Assembly (NCBI GenBank): GCA_965228855.1
Contig: CBDDIJ010000002.1
Coordinates: 1,760,001 to 1,824,000 of the forward strand
DNA length: 64,000 nucleotides
Reading direction: 5' to 3'
Source of the DNA: Candidatus Obscuribacterales bacterium
GTDB lineage: Bacteria; Cyanobacteriota; Vampirovibrionia; Obscuribacterales; Obscuribacteraceae
Part shown: positions 1 through 10,534 of the stretch, piece after piece
Position numbering within the stretch: the first letter of the stretch is position 1
How the letters are laid out: every line of letters begins with the position of its first letter
Program-made: the position numbers and the translations under genes
The notes under the pieces: generated by a model
What the model was told of the DNA's origin: nothing
Seen by the model: the letters and a program-made list of their open reading frames with translations, nothing else
Database searches by the model: none

Positions 1-765
1 CGGCTCGTCCTGCGCACCTTCAACGTAAGAAGCTGCGACGAATAGACCGAGTGGATCTTCCGAACCAGTGATTAGAAATGTCTCCGAGTTCGGCATGACG
101 AATATGTGCTGTCCCATAACCTCCAAGAAATCAAATGCGCTCGCCATCATGATTCGAGCAGCATCGTATCCATCGTTCCAGCTGGATTGATAGAGCTTGG
201 ATCCACTTTCATTGAGATCAGTCGCATAGAAGGCGAAGTGAGTTCTTAGCGCAAGTCGTTCGACGGATTCGAGGACTAGTTGATTGAAATCGACTCCCCA
301 TCTATCAAGGTTTAGTGAGGTAACCAGCTCGCGTGTGTCAGGTTTGTCGTGTTCTAAGGTGAGCGCAAACGAGCCGGCTATTTCACAGCAGGGAATCCAG
401 GCTTGCTCTGCAAACGCTCCCCACTTCCCGAGTCTCATTTCCAGATTTAGTTGTTCAACTGCCCACATGTCTTTGATATGCGGATATATTCGGTCACGCG
501 CTGCTTCGAAGGTTGGCATTTCACGTTCGAGTGAGCGCTGATGCATCGATACAATGTGGGCAAGAACGCTGTTCCGCTCTTCAATGCTTGTACTTTCACA
601 ATATTGATGGTAGAAGGTCGATAGGTTAATGCGCTGTGTGACTATGCCCAGGTCATTTTTAACGAAAAGCGCGAACTGCTCTTTATCATAGGTTGGGTGT
701 GCACCAAGCTGCGCAAGCTGTTGTGCCGCAACATTCGCAAACGCGTCTTCGTTTGATTGGTACAT
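1..765 (-). CDS. Hypothetical protein, DUF1444/YtpQ-like (runs off window start)
   Basis: Not in the ORF track. Manual translation from ATG at 765 (GGAG RBS upstream) is open to position 1: MYQSNEDAFANV...SWNDGYDAARIMM...FVMPNSETFLITGSED. The DGYDAARI motif resembles DUF1444-type proteins. Confidence 0.65.
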   Translation of the reverse strand, partial: MYQSNEDAFANVAAQQLAQLGAHPTYDKEQFALFVKNDLGIVTQRINLSTFYHQYCESTSIEERNSVLAHIVSMHQRSLEREMPTFEAARDRIYPHIKDMWAVEQLNLEMRLGKWGAFAEQAWIPCCEIAGSFALTLEHDKPDTRELVTSLNLDRWGVDFNQLVLESVERLALRTHFAFYATDLNESGSKLYQSSWNDGYDAARIMMASAFDFLEVMGQHIFVMPNSETFLITGSEDPLGLFVAASYVEGAQDEP

Positions 766-1012
766 CGGGAACTCTCCGACAATTCGATATCGTCCTTGAA
801 GGAGTATATATGACAAGTCGATAAGTAGCTCTCGTAAAATCACCACTGCTGTCGGTTGCTCAGTTCGTTTTGAGTCTCAACGTGGTAGTCGATGTGAATG
901 GAGTTGAATTGCGCAAATTCGTATGGCACCGCTGGCAGTGGCTGAGAAATGTGGAACCAGGGTGAGAATTCTCAAGCGGTTTGAACCCTGTGTGGGTAAA
1001 ATGTCCAATTCC

Positions 1013-2683
1013 TCAAATCAAACGGTCCTCGAAGAAAACACGAGTGTCCTCTTTCGGGTTCAAATGACTCAGCTTCACCTGAGAATCCGGCGTGCCTTTT
1101 GACGCCAGCTCTTTGCGTAGAGCCTCGTAACTACCGGGCTTTATCACTCTGATACCGGGCGGATCAAGGCGCAGCGAGCGGCGTTTGTCCGAATATTCGT
1201 GATTCACTTGCGAAAGTTCGCGGTCGAAGCTAGACGCCAGTTTCTCCAGAAAAGACGATGGGCAGGCAGCATCCGGGTTTTGCAATTCCAACCACAAACT
1301 ATAATGAGGTGTTGGATCGAATTGCGGGATCACCGTGAAGAAACGGGCTCCAAGACTGCACTCCGAAAGCGCACGAACGATGCTATCAGTGACCTGCAGC
1401 TCAGTAATTTTCTCACCGGAGAACGAGAAAACATTACCGCCACGATATTGAAATTCGATAAGAGGAGTTTCGTTGTGAAAACCGACTACTTTGACGACAT
1501 CCCGAATGTTGTATCGATACAATCCAGCGGATGTCGTGAGAAGGATGTAGTAGCTCTCGCCCAGTTCAAGCTGATGCGCGAGCTTAAAAGTCGGGTTGGT
1601 CGATTCTAATTCGGACACCGGGATGAACTCGTAAAAGTGCGATCTTATTGCAAGGGCCTGCTTGTCCGGCGACAGAAAAATGGTTCCTCGTCCCTCGCTT
1701 GCACCATATGTGATGTCACAGATAGGAGTTTCACCTAGCAACTCTTTCAAGCCTGGCAAATAGAAACTTGCTGCAGCTTTTGTCCAGCACGAAGACACAG
1801 CAAGCTCGGGCCAGACTTTCCACGGCACGCACTGATCGGACTCCACCAATTTGTCCAGCAGTCTGCCTTTCGTGCGGTCTCGATTGATGAGGGACGAAAT
1901 CTTGTCGAGGATCGCGCGTGGTACGGTGTCTGGCGCACGCAGTGTGCCATCGAAAAGATCGCGCGCTAATGAAGCACCATGCATCTTTAGACGACTACCG
2001 AGCAAGAAAATCGTGCTGGGATTAAGAGTGTAGAACGACGTAACCGGCTGAGCCAGAGCGGTTCTTAAAATGCAGTAGTAGCGGGTCTCGTAATCTTTAA
2101 GCGTAAACACATCATATGGAACAGAGAGAATCGATTGGCGAACCGGCTCCGGCTCCATTAAATAGAGGGCACCGGATATGGCGCCAAATGGTATCCCGCT
2201 AACGGTTCTGCCTTCTTCGGCAGGTGACGCAATAGTCAGAGCGCAACCATCGGCCAGTGCAGGAAAGTGCTGAAAGAGTTTGTAGCAGGAAACTTTAGAT
2301 GCTCTGCGAAACTCACTGATGTAGTCCTTCGTGATTGGAATCAGCTTGCGTTTATTAGTAGTGCCGCTGGTGGTAGCAAACATAAAAGGGTCTTGAGCCG
2401 TGAGAATCCCCTTTTCGCCCTGCACAAGGCGGTCGACGTACGGACGAAAGTACTCATAGTCGTTCGGCGGCAAAGCGCGACAATAGTCATCGTAATTCCG
2501 CACGGAATTGAAGCCGTGTTCTCGGCCGAACGCAGAGTTACGTCCACTTTGGATAATCTCGGAGAGTCGCGACAACTGAGCGCTCTTTGGATCTTTGCTG
2601 GCGGACTCGAACCGGCGCACTTCCTCGCCGGCAAGAGTCGTAAATGTTTTATAGATTAGCTTTCTTATCATTTGATCCGGCAT
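1013..2683 (-). CDS. GH3 auxin-responsive promoter family protein (acyl-adenylate-forming amido synthetase)
   Basis: Motifs ATTSGTT, YGASEG, FYEFIP, TTSAGLYRYNIRD, GEKITE. Start placed at ATG 2683 (track ORF extends to 2725). Confidence 0.92.
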   Translation of the reverse strand: MPDQMIRKLIYKTFTTLAGEEVRRFESASKDPKSAQLSRLSEIIQSGRNSAFGREHGFNSVRNYDDYCRALPPNDYEYFRPYVDRLVQGEKGILTAQDPFMFATTSGTTNKRKLIPITKDYISEFRRASKVSCYKLFQHFPALADGCALTIASPAEEGRTVSGIPFGAISGALYLMEPEPVRQSILSVPYDVFTLKDYETRYYCILRTALAQPVTSFYTLNPSTIFLLGSRLKMHGASLARDLFDGTLRAPDTVPRAILDKISSLINRDRTKGRLLDKLVESDQCVPWKVWPELAVSSCWTKAAASFYLPGLKELLGETPICDITYGASEGRGTIFLSPDKQALAIRSHFYEFIPVSELESTNPTFKLAHQLELGESYYILLTTSAGLYRYNIRDVVKVVGFHNETPLIEFQYRGGNVFSFSGEKITELQVTDSIVRALSECSLGARFFTVIPQFDPTPHYSLWLELQNPDAACPSSFLEKLASSFDRELSQVNHEYSDKRRSLRLDPPGIRVIKPGSYEALRKELASKGTPDSQVKLSHLNPKEDTRVFFEDRLI

Positions 2684-2878
2684 CTCAGCGACGAAAGCGA
2701 GTGCGCAAAATGAGAACTCGTGCAAACTTTGACAAAATAAGCACTGTATCAGTGACGCGGCGCCTGAGGGTGTGAATGAAAGAAATTAAACAGGGTTGTC
2801 ATTTAGGGCTTGATAAAATCAGGCTGTGAAATTCAAGCCGGATCGCTCGTCTGAAATGCGATCGGATTCGGGCTTTCT

Positions 2879-4411
2879 TTGGCCGCCAGGCGGTTACAGC
2901 GATTAATGACGACACGAGCGTTACCAAAACTCAATACCGGTTTCTACGCGCTGCAAGTGGCGCTGCTCATGTTCGCGTGTTTCACTATTACCATTTTCTA
3001 CACAATCGCCTGGGATGTGTTGCGCTCATACCCCTACGCCATCGAGTACGAGGGGCACATATTCTGGGCCTCGCATAGCCTTTCGCTCGGCAAAAACATC
3101 TATGACGCGGCCATGCTCTCCAACCAAAACTGGGGAGTGATTATCTACAATCCGCTCTACATCGTGATCGGTGCTTGCCTCGTGAAGATGCTGGGTCTGA
3201 GCTACGAGCCATTGAGATTGCTCACGATGGTTTCGACCCTCGCCGCATTCTCTGGCATTGTTGTCGTCCTGATTAATCACTGTAAATTGCGGCATTTCCA
3301 TGCCATCATCGCCCTTGCACTCTTCGCAAGCAGTTTACCGGTCTTTTACTGGTCCGGCGTCGCAAGAGTAGACATGCTCGGTTTAGCACTTTCCGTGTGG
3401 GGACTGGAAAGATTCCTGAGCGCGTGGAATAAGCGCGCGGTGACCGCATCATCAACCCCTCAGAGGCGATTCAACTGGTCGCTTGTCGCATCCATCCTGT
3501 TGTTGGTCGCAGCGTTCTTCACCAAGCAGCAGTATTTCGTATTTCCGGTTTCGATTGCGATTTTCTGTTTCCTAAATAGTCAAAGGAAGTTGGGAACTGT
3601 TGTCCTCGCGACCTGGGCTGTCAGCGTCGCGATGATTGTTGCTTTGATCCAACAAATAAGCGGCGGATATCTGGCTCACCTCGCCTACGCGAGCGGACTG
3701 CCCTGGGAATGGAGCACCATGAAGCAGTTTCTGCTTCCTTTTCTATCGGACTATAAAACCATCGCATCAATATCCGTGATAATTCTCGCCGGTTTCGTTT
3801 CTCGACGAAAGCACCCACACGAGGCTCTGGCAAAGGTTTTGCTTCTGATTTCCTTTGCGCTCTGCATGTACACGATGGGACTGCGCGCGGCTTACCACAA
3901 TCATCTTATTTGCACTGAAATCGCGCTTTATTGGCTCGCCGCAATCAGTTTGAGCAAGCTTTCCGGCGGTCCATCTCTTGCTGTGATTCTGGCACTCGTG
4001 TTGAGCTTGAACACCATGCAAATCTATTTTTCGGTGCTCTGGGAGAGGCTCAACATTCTTCCCCAAACGAGGCAATCACTGAAGCTATTCGAAGAGAATA
4101 ATTTCGCAGGCAAAACAATTCTATCGGAAGATCCAACCCTGCCGATGCTTGTCGGGGCGAAGCCTTCGATGATCGATGGAACAACGATCATGAACATGTC
4201 AGCAAAACATCCGGAGCAAATCCAGGCTTTAAGAGATGCCATTGCAGCCAAGCGCTTCAATGCGATCATCATAAACACAGCGGATGCGGAAAAACTAAAC
4301 CAAGAAATATGGACGGAGCCAATGGTCCGCCTCATAAAACAAAATTATCGGTTGGCAGGACGCACCGGCGGAAACGGATTACCGCAGAGCGTCTACTTCC
4401 CCGTTTACTGA
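2879..4411 (+). CDS. Multi-TM GT-C-type glycosyltransferase-like membrane protein (ArnT/PMT-like)
   Basis: Many TM helices, N-terminal loop EYEG, YNPLY, ARVDMLG and FFTKQ motifs, soluble C-terminal domain. Confidence 0.7.
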   Translation: MAARRLQRLMTTRALPKLNTGFYALQVALLMFACFTITIFYTIAWDVLRSYPYAIEYEGHIFWASHSLSLGKNIYDAAMLSNQNWGVIIYNPLYIVIGACLVKMLGLSYEPLRLLTMVSTLAAFSGIVVVLINHCKLRHFHAIIALALFASSLPVFYWSGVARVDMLGLALSVWGLERFLSAWNKRAVTASSTPQRRFNWSLVASILLLVAAFFTKQQYFVFPVSIAIFCFLNSQRKLGTVVLATWAVSVAMIVALIQQISGGYLAHLAYASGLPWEWSTMKQFLLPFLSDYKTIASISVIILAGFVSRRKHPHEALAKVLLLISFALCMYTMGLRAAYHNHLICTEIALYWLAAISLSKLSGGPSLAVILALVLSLNTMQIYFSVLWERLNILPQTRQSLKLFEENNFAGKTILSEDPTLPMLVGAKPSMIDGTTIMNMSAKHPEQIQALRDAIAAKRFNAIIINTADAEKLNQEIWTEPMVRLIKQNYRLAGRTGGNGLPQSVYFPVY

Positions 4412-4605
4412 CTGTTAGGATTGGAGCTGGAGTTGGAGCTTTGCTGACGTTGCTTCAACAGGATGAGCTGCGCTTGTTGTTCGCGCTCGGCTTCTGCACC
4501 ACCGCCGCCTTTGCCAGCGTTGGCGCTGTTTGCGAACGCTACGAGCATAGTAAATACAGCCAAGACGACAAGACCTGTAATTCTGCGCTGAGTTTTGGAC
4601 ATAGT
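4405..4605 (-). CDS. Small secreted hypothetical protein
   Basis: Signal-peptide-like N-terminus (MSKTQRRITGLVVLAV...ANA) and a low-complexity Q/S tail. Confidence 0.5.
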   Translation of the reverse strand, partial: TMSKTQRRITGLVVLAVFTMLVAFANSANAGKGGGGAEAEREQQAQLILLKQRQQSSNSSSNPNSQ

Positions 4606-4822
4606 CTCAAAAGACCTCAAGAAACTAACTAGTACAGTTGAAGTTTATATCTCAAATGCCGCGCCTGTTTCTATCCACCGTCGGATTAACTTTTGCACAC
4701 GCAGGCAATTCATAGGCTTTCTCGACCATCGAGAAAACTATTTGCAGCTTTATTTCACTTAGGAACTAGCACTCACAGGTTATATTATCCGCTGGATATA
4801 AATTATTGAATTCAAGTTTGCA

Positions 4823-5446
4823 ATGAGCAATATTGCCGCCGCGCCTCGAGAGAAAACTTCAACTGCAACCGTTGTCGGGCAAATTCATCGCCCTCAGCCC
4901 GGACGCAGATTTGTCGCGGCTTGGGCGTACGACTATCTCGTCTGTTTTTGGCTCGCTGTTTGGACGATCGAGATCTTAAAGGCGACACTCGGAAGCGCCG
5001 TCTCTGAGTTGCCACTATTGGTGGTGACATGCCTTTTTATGTTGGCAAGAGATTTTCCCTTCGAAGGACGCGGTTTTGGAAAGAATCTGCTTGGACTCAG
5101 GACGGTGGATGCCAGGACTGGCGACAAGCCGTCGCTGTTTCAATCGATAATCCGCAACAGCGTTCTCCTTGGTCCCTTCCTTCTTTACCAGGTAGTTCTT
5201 GGACTGCACAAAACCGTGTGGGCAGGTCAAACGACTGATCTATTGATGCTAGTGAAAGGCATCTGCTTATTGGCTGGCAGCGTGCTTCTTCTCCTCGAAG
5301 GTCTAAGTCTGCATCGTGGTCGTGGTCTGCGCATCGCAGACAAATTGGCAGGCACGAAGGTCGTGTTAACAGACAAGCCGCGTTTTCGAAATCCGGTTTC
5401 ACTTCCTCTTTTTGCTGCAGGAAACAATAGATCGCGCTCTGATTAA
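4823..5446 (+). CDS. RDD family membrane protein
   Basis: RRFVAAWAYD, GFGKNLLGLRTVD, SIIRN and RIADKLAGTKVV are typical RDD motifs. Confidence 0.88.
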   Translation: MSNIAAAPREKTSTATVVGQIHRPQPGRRFVAAWAYDYLVCFWLAVWTIEILKATLGSAVSELPLLVVTCLFMLARDFPFEGRGFGKNLLGLRTVDARTGDKPSLFQSIIRNSVLLGPFLLYQVVLGLHKTVWAGQTTDLLMLVKGICLLAGSVLLLLEGLSLHRGRGLRIADKLAGTKVVLTDKPRFRNPVSLPLFAAGNNRSRSD

Positions 5447-5461
5447 TCCTTCAGAGTATCT

Positions 5462-6946
5462 ATGGCTGGAACCATGTTCTCGATTTCGGAAGAGTCAATT
5501 AACAAACTAGAGAGAGTCGCAGAGCTTGTCTTTGCGATCGTTCTTGGAGCGATTTGCGTATCGCTCTTCAGCGATAACGTCTGGCGGGTCTTCCAATCTT
5601 CCGACACAGGATGGCTTGTGAGAACCGGTGAGTATGTGTTGAACCATGGACTGCCGGCAACTGATTTATTCAGCTGGACTCAGCCCGACAAGCCCTGGAT
5701 TCTCTATCAATGGTTTTTCGAGATGTGTCTCGGTTTCTTTTATAAGGTCGGTGGTTTGTGGCTCACTGGTCTCGTTGGTCTATTCGCCTTCTCGATCATC
5801 TATTTCTGGCTGTTGCCAATGTCAATGGCAAGTAAAGGAGTCAAGCCAGTTTTCATCGCAGGATTTTTGTGTCTTATACTCACTCCCTCCTGGTTCTGGC
5901 TTCGTCCGCAATTGTTTTCATTTCTTCTGATTGTCGTTTTCTCGGCGATATTAGAAGACTTCCGGCTCAACGGACTTAAGCGAACGCTCTGGCTATTGCC
6001 ACCACTGATGATACTGTGGGCGAATTCTCATTCGTTCTGGTTTATCGGCTTGATCCTGATCCTGTCTTACTTCGTTCACAATCTTTCCGAAAAAAGCAAC
6101 AGAGATCGACTGACGCTCTTGACCATCGCAGCTCTCAGTGCCGCCGCGGTTTTCATAAACCCATACGCGGGTGAGATTCTGCCCTACAATTTCGGGTTTG
6201 TCTCGCGCCCTGAAATCGCAGCAATTAAAGAGTTGCATCCAATTTTGCTCACTGAACCACTCGCTAATTTGCCGCTGCTGCTCTATTTCATCCTGACCTG
6301 GAGTGCGCTGATCGTCGGGCGGCTCCACGTCCCATCAGTGGGACTGTGGCTCTCTATTTCGGGAACGGTCGCCGCTCTATGCTGCTATAGATTCGCACCA
6401 CTGGGAGTGCTTCTCACCTGGCCTTATCTGAGCCTGGTGCTTTCGAACTGGAAGTTTACAAGTCGCGAAAATACCGAGGCTCCAGGCGGCAAAGGGCATG
6501 TTCCGGTCCTGACTGTGGCACCGATAGTGGTAGCAGCGCTGGTTTGTCTCGCGACATACAATTCGGTTTTTCCGTATAACAAAACAGTCTGGTTTACTCA
6601 CCAGTACAGCAATCAAGGCGCGATCGAGTTTCTAAAACAGCATCCGGAACTTGTTAAACAGATGTTCTGTGACGACGCGGCAGGTTGCAGCATGATCCTG
6701 GAAAACCTCGGACCGGTCTTCATTGACACGCGATTCGATTTCTACGGTCAAGATTTCTCAAACCAATATCGTCAGTGCCTGTACGCTCAACACGGGTGGC
6801 AGAAGCTGTTTCAGTTGTGGGGAATCAAATCAGCGTGTCTAAGGAACAGCGCGCCGCTGTGTTTTGAGCTGAAAAACTCTAAGCAGTGGAAATGCCTGTT
6901 CGACGACGGTCAATACTCTGTTTTTGTATTGGTCAAAACCGAATAG
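5462..6946 (+). CDS. Multi-TM GT-C-like membrane protein
   Basis: DTGWLVRTGEYV, DLFSWT, QWFFE, RPQLFS, LWANSH, INPY and FIDTRFDFYG pattern. Confidence 0.7.
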   Translation: MAGTMFSISEESINKLERVAELVFAIVLGAICVSLFSDNVWRVFQSSDTGWLVRTGEYVLNHGLPATDLFSWTQPDKPWILYQWFFEMCLGFFYKVGGLWLTGLVGLFAFSIIYFWLLPMSMASKGVKPVFIAGFLCLILTPSWFWLRPQLFSFLLIVVFSAILEDFRLNGLKRTLWLLPPLMILWANSHSFWFIGLILILSYFVHNLSEKSNRDRLTLLTIAALSAAAVFINPYAGEILPYNFGFVSRPEIAAIKELHPILLTEPLANLPLLLYFILTWSALIVGRLHVPSVGLWLSISGTVAALCCYRFAPLGVLLTWPYLSLVLSNWKFTSRENTEAPGGKGHVPVLTVAPIVVAALVCLATYNSVFPYNKTVWFTHQYSNQGAIEFLKQHPELVKQMFCDDAAGCSMILENLGPVFIDTRFDFYGQDFSNQYRQCLYAQHGWQKLFQLWGIKSACLRNSAPLCFELKNSKQWKCLFDDGQYSVFVLVKTE

Positions 6947-6960
6947 CGAATCGGTTTCGA

Positions 6961-8052
6961 TCAAGAATTTCGCCGCAAAATCGTGAAGCTCAAGCCGATC
7001 AAACATAAGACCGAGAGCGGTAGCCAGGCTGCAACCAGTGGATCCAGTCTGGAATTCTCGGATAGCGACAGGCAGATTTGCTGAAGAAGAAAAAACATCA
7101 CAACAAGAACGCCACCATAAACGAAGGAGACATTGAGACTCCTGCGTCTGCGGACGGTCATGAGCGGCAGCGCTGCTAAGACAAGAAAGAAGCAACTGGC
7201 GGGGTGGGAATAGCGCCTGTAGTACTGGGTTCGCAATTCTGCCGGTGCTTTTTTTCCGGACTTCTCAAAGCTGTCGATTTCTGCTCGCAGTTGACTGGTA
7301 GTCTTCTCGAGCGAGCTGGTCGGTCCCTGGGCGATGTAACTAGCAAGTTTAGCGTTGCTGCCGAATTTCATGCGTTGAAAGTTACCGCGGGTGATGAGAC
7401 CGTCTCCTTTGACGAAGTCAAAGAGGTTGCCATTTTCCAGAACCCACTGACCTTCCAGCCACGTCGCACGTTCCGCCCAGATGATGTTCATCTCTTTGTC
7501 GGAGGCTTTGTCCAAAAACAAAAGTCCTTTTACTTGTCGTCCATTAGGGCATCCAAACACCATCGTCTGGCTCATACGGTCATTGGCATCTTTGACTTGA
7601 ACAATCGGCTGTCCCACGAACGGCCTTTCTGCAGCGTAGATACCGAGAAGAACGAGTTTCTGTGACAAAAGCTTGTTCTGCGGCGCCACGTATTCATTCA
7701 TCCCATACGCCAGGAAAGACGCGGCCAGCCCCATCATCAGATATGGCACAACCAGCCTGCGTGTAGGTACGCCGGAGACCTGCAGAGCCAGGAATTCGGA
7801 ATCATTGTGCTGCCTTGCCAGGGTCACCAGCGTTGCGATCAAAACGCCGGCCGGCAGGCAATACGCAATGCCGGTGGGTAACTGCAGCATCATGATAGAT
7901 AGCACTGTATTTGGTGGCAGCCCGAACTGGTTGAGTAAGTCCATCACTCTTTGAAATTCAACCGTGCCGAAGAAAATTCCAATCACGCAGAGAGAGCCCA
8001 CAATGAGCACTTGCATTGCTTCGCCGATCAAATACCTGTCGAAGAGCTTCAT
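6961..8052 (-). CDS. LptF/LptG family LPS export permease
   Basis: MKLFDRYLI start, SEFLALQVSGV, 3+3 TM helices flanking a periplasmic domain, C-terminal PLVAAWLP. Confidence 0.9.
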   Translation of the reverse strand: MKLFDRYLIGEAMQVLIVGSLCVIGIFFGTVEFQRVMDLLNQFGLPPNTVLSIMMLQLPTGIAYCLPAGVLIATLVTLARQHNDSEFLALQVSGVPTRRLVVPYLMMGLAASFLAYGMNEYVAPQNKLLSQKLVLLGIYAAERPFVGQPIVQVKDANDRMSQTMVFGCPNGRQVKGLLFLDKASDKEMNIIWAERATWLEGQWVLENGNLFDFVKGDGLITRGNFQRMKFGSNAKLASYIAQGPTSSLEKTTSQLRAEIDSFEKSGKKAPAELRTQYYRRYSHPASCFFLVLAALPLMTVRRRRSLNVSFVYGGVLVVMFFLLQQICLSLSENSRLDPLVAAWLPLSVLCLIGLSFTILRRNS

Positions 8053-8062
8053 TTAGTTCCTG

Positions 8063-9733
8063 TCAAAAGGAGAGGCGGGTAAACGGAGTCGTATCGGTTT
8101 CCAGGGTGACCTCTGCACTGATATGCGCTGGTTTTTCGACAGGTGCATCGCACATCTTTCGACCGACTGAATCGAAGATTGCTGATGGACCAAGAAGTGT
8201 GGAGAAGACGAAGGCGCGATGATTCTCGACGGCACGCATGGTGCAAAACGCATGCATCTGGTCCATGAGAATACTCGGGTAAAACCACCCCATATTGCTG
8301 CAATCGACGAGCAATTGAGCCCCCGATTTTACGCTGTCAGTCGAGAGCTTGGGCAAAACGCATTCGAAGCACAACATAGAACCGATCTTCATGTCTGAGC
8401 AATCGAAGACAACGACTTTGCTATCAGGTGTGGTGTCAGTATATTTGTGATTGGGACCATACATGAGAAAGCCGATTGGGGTTTCCTTCACCCAATCGGG
8501 GGTGAACTCACCAAACGGAACCAGATAACGTTTGTGGTAGATTGGCTGACAAATCCTGCCCGTTCTGTCAAACGCGCACACTGAGTTGTACTCGCAACCC
8601 TTCTCATCGGTGTCCAGCAAACCGACTACCCATGTTTGATTTCGTTGAGGCGGAAACTTCGCAACCATATCGATAACATCGCGGTTCTTCGTGAAATTGG
8701 ATATGAGCGACCACTCCGGCCACACACACAAGCCGTCTTTCGGGCACTCTTCCGTTAGAGAAATATGCTTGTCCAGTATTTTGACTGAATCAACCTTGTG
8801 AATCACTGTCGACAAGCAGCCCTGCACAGCAGAGACTGTGTATTTCCTCGCGGTGGAATTCTTCTGGGTTTCCAGCCGCCAGATGCCAAAAATAGGCAGG
8901 GCAAAAATCAGTGAAAGGGCAACGGTCGTATTCAACAGCATCGACGCGATGCTGTTATAGGAGAACTCCTTGAGCGCTCGAATCCGGAAGCTCAATAAAC
9001 CCAGAAGGACTACATTAGCTAACACAATTACGGCACCGAGCCCGACGCCGCCGATTACCGAGGCAATCTGAATCAGCGCAGTCTGTTTGTACTGGCTGTA
9101 TTCCAGGGAAGCCCATGGAACGCCAAATAGCAGAGGCGAGTTGCACATCTTGTCAATCAAGACGTAGAGGAAAGGCACAACAACAAAGGCCGGAAAGTAC
9201 CACCGCCCCTGGTGGCAGGTAGGCAGCCAACCATTTCGCATCGGCACCGCACGCAAGACGCAGATGAAAATCGAAAAGAACAAGGCCTGCCAGGCAGACA
9301 TAGTAGTCCAGAAGAAAAATGATACGAAGGCTGGACACTGAGAAAACGGTCCCATCCCAAACTCCGGACGGAAGAACAAGTAAAAGTTCTGGTACACCAG
9401 AAAGTATGCCATCGCGAAAAACCAGCCGCGAACGCCGGCATACCACGGATCACGCGCAGTGACTGCGAGATAGAGAATGGGCATTAGCCCGAACCAGGCC
9501 AGATACGATTGTTCGAAGCCCGGAGCGGAAAGACCTAGAATCGCTCCCGACAAAAAGGCGACCGCCCGGTAGGGAAGTTCCTGACGAAAAGTGAGCGGAG
9601 TGTTAGTCCGACCCGAATCCGTCAATGAGAGAAGAGTAGAGAGCTTAGACATGTCATTATTTCGTGAAAAGAGACTAACGCATGTTTTAGACCTCGACAT
9701 TAATATGCGATTCATATTCCCATGAAATTTCAC
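8063..9733 (-). CDS. lnt: Apolipoprotein N-acyltransferase
   Basis: TM N-terminal domain plus CN-hydrolase triad motifs VWPE, YHKRYLVPFGE, LCFE, and MRAVEN. The true start may be ATG 9652. Confidence 0.92.
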   Translation of the reverse strand: MKFHGNMNRILMSRSKTCVSLFSRNNDMSKLSTLLSLTDSGRTNTPLTFRQELPYRAVAFLSGAILGLSAPGFEQSYLAWFGLMPILYLAVTARDPWYAGVRGWFFAMAYFLVYQNFYLFFRPEFGMGPFSQCPAFVSFFFWTTMSAWQALFFSIFICVLRAVPMRNGWLPTCHQGRWYFPAFVVVPFLYVLIDKMCNSPLLFGVPWASLEYSQYKQTALIQIASVIGGVGLGAVIVLANVVLLGLLSFRIRALKEFSYNSIASMLLNTTVALSLIFALPIFGIWRLETQKNSTARKYTVSAVQGCLSTVIHKVDSVKILDKHISLTEECPKDGLCVWPEWSLISNFTKNRDVIDMVAKFPPQRNQTWVVGLLDTDEKGCEYNSVCAFDRTGRICQPIYHKRYLVPFGEFTPDWVKETPIGFLMYGPNHKYTDTTPDSKVVVFDCSDMKIGSMLCFECVLPKLSTDSVKSGAQLLVDCSNMGWFYPSILMDQMHAFCTMRAVENHRAFVFSTLLGPSAIFDSVGRKMCDAPVEKPAHISAEVTLETDTTPFTRLSF

Positions 9734-9767
9734 ATATATAATTTCTCGGTTCGAAGTTTCGTCTGTC

Positions 9768-10534
9768 TTGAAGTCTATGGTCTTTCAGAGATTCGCTCGA
9801 AAAATACTGCTCACTCTTGTGGGAAACAGTCTCGTACTCTTTCTCGCGGGCGTCCCACAAGCGGACGCACGGGCCGCAACGCCGGTCGCAGCTTCAGCTG
9901 ACCAACGACTTGTGCGTGTTTACTTTCTCACAGGTGGTCCGGTCGACATCTTCAGCAGAGAGACTGCAAACAACATTCGAACCAAGATGGATACTTACTC
10001 GCAGAACCTGGCAATCCCAGCAAATTTCGAACGCCACTGGTTTGCGCACTGGCGCGGACTGTCAAAACGGATCGCCGGCTAAAAGGGCGAGATAAGATCG
10101 TCTTAATCGGACACAGCTGGGGAGCTGCCGGTGCCGTTCAAGTGGCACATCAGCTCAGGAAGAAAAATGTGCCAGTCGATTTGCTTGTAACCATCGACAC
10201 GGTTCCCATTCCCGGACTGTTAGGACACGCGCGCATACCAGACAACGTGCTCAGCAACTACAATTTCTACCAGGCAAGCGATTTGTTCGCCCACACCGCA
10301 CACAAAAATCATCGCAAAGACGATGGAACTGATACAGGCATCCACAATATTCAGGTCGTGATGGGAGCGGTTTATTCGCCGCACATGCGTATCGACGATC
10401 GCATCGAACCAATCATTTCGAGCATGGTCGGCATGCTCATGAAAGGCTGTATCGATAACGTCAGGCTGCCAGAGAAACTGGACAAGCAGCTCATCTGTGA
10501 CGTCACCAAAGAACTGGACCGTTATCCCAACTGA
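9768..10534 (+). pseudogene. Secreted alpha/beta hydrolase split by a 1-nt frameshift
   Basis: ORF 9768-10082 (signal peptide) stops at TAA 10080. The adjacent frame continues RLKGRDKIVLIGHSWGAAGAVQVAHQLRKKNVPVDLLVTIDTV into ORF 10142-10534, with a GHSWG nucleophile elbow. Confidence 0.75.
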
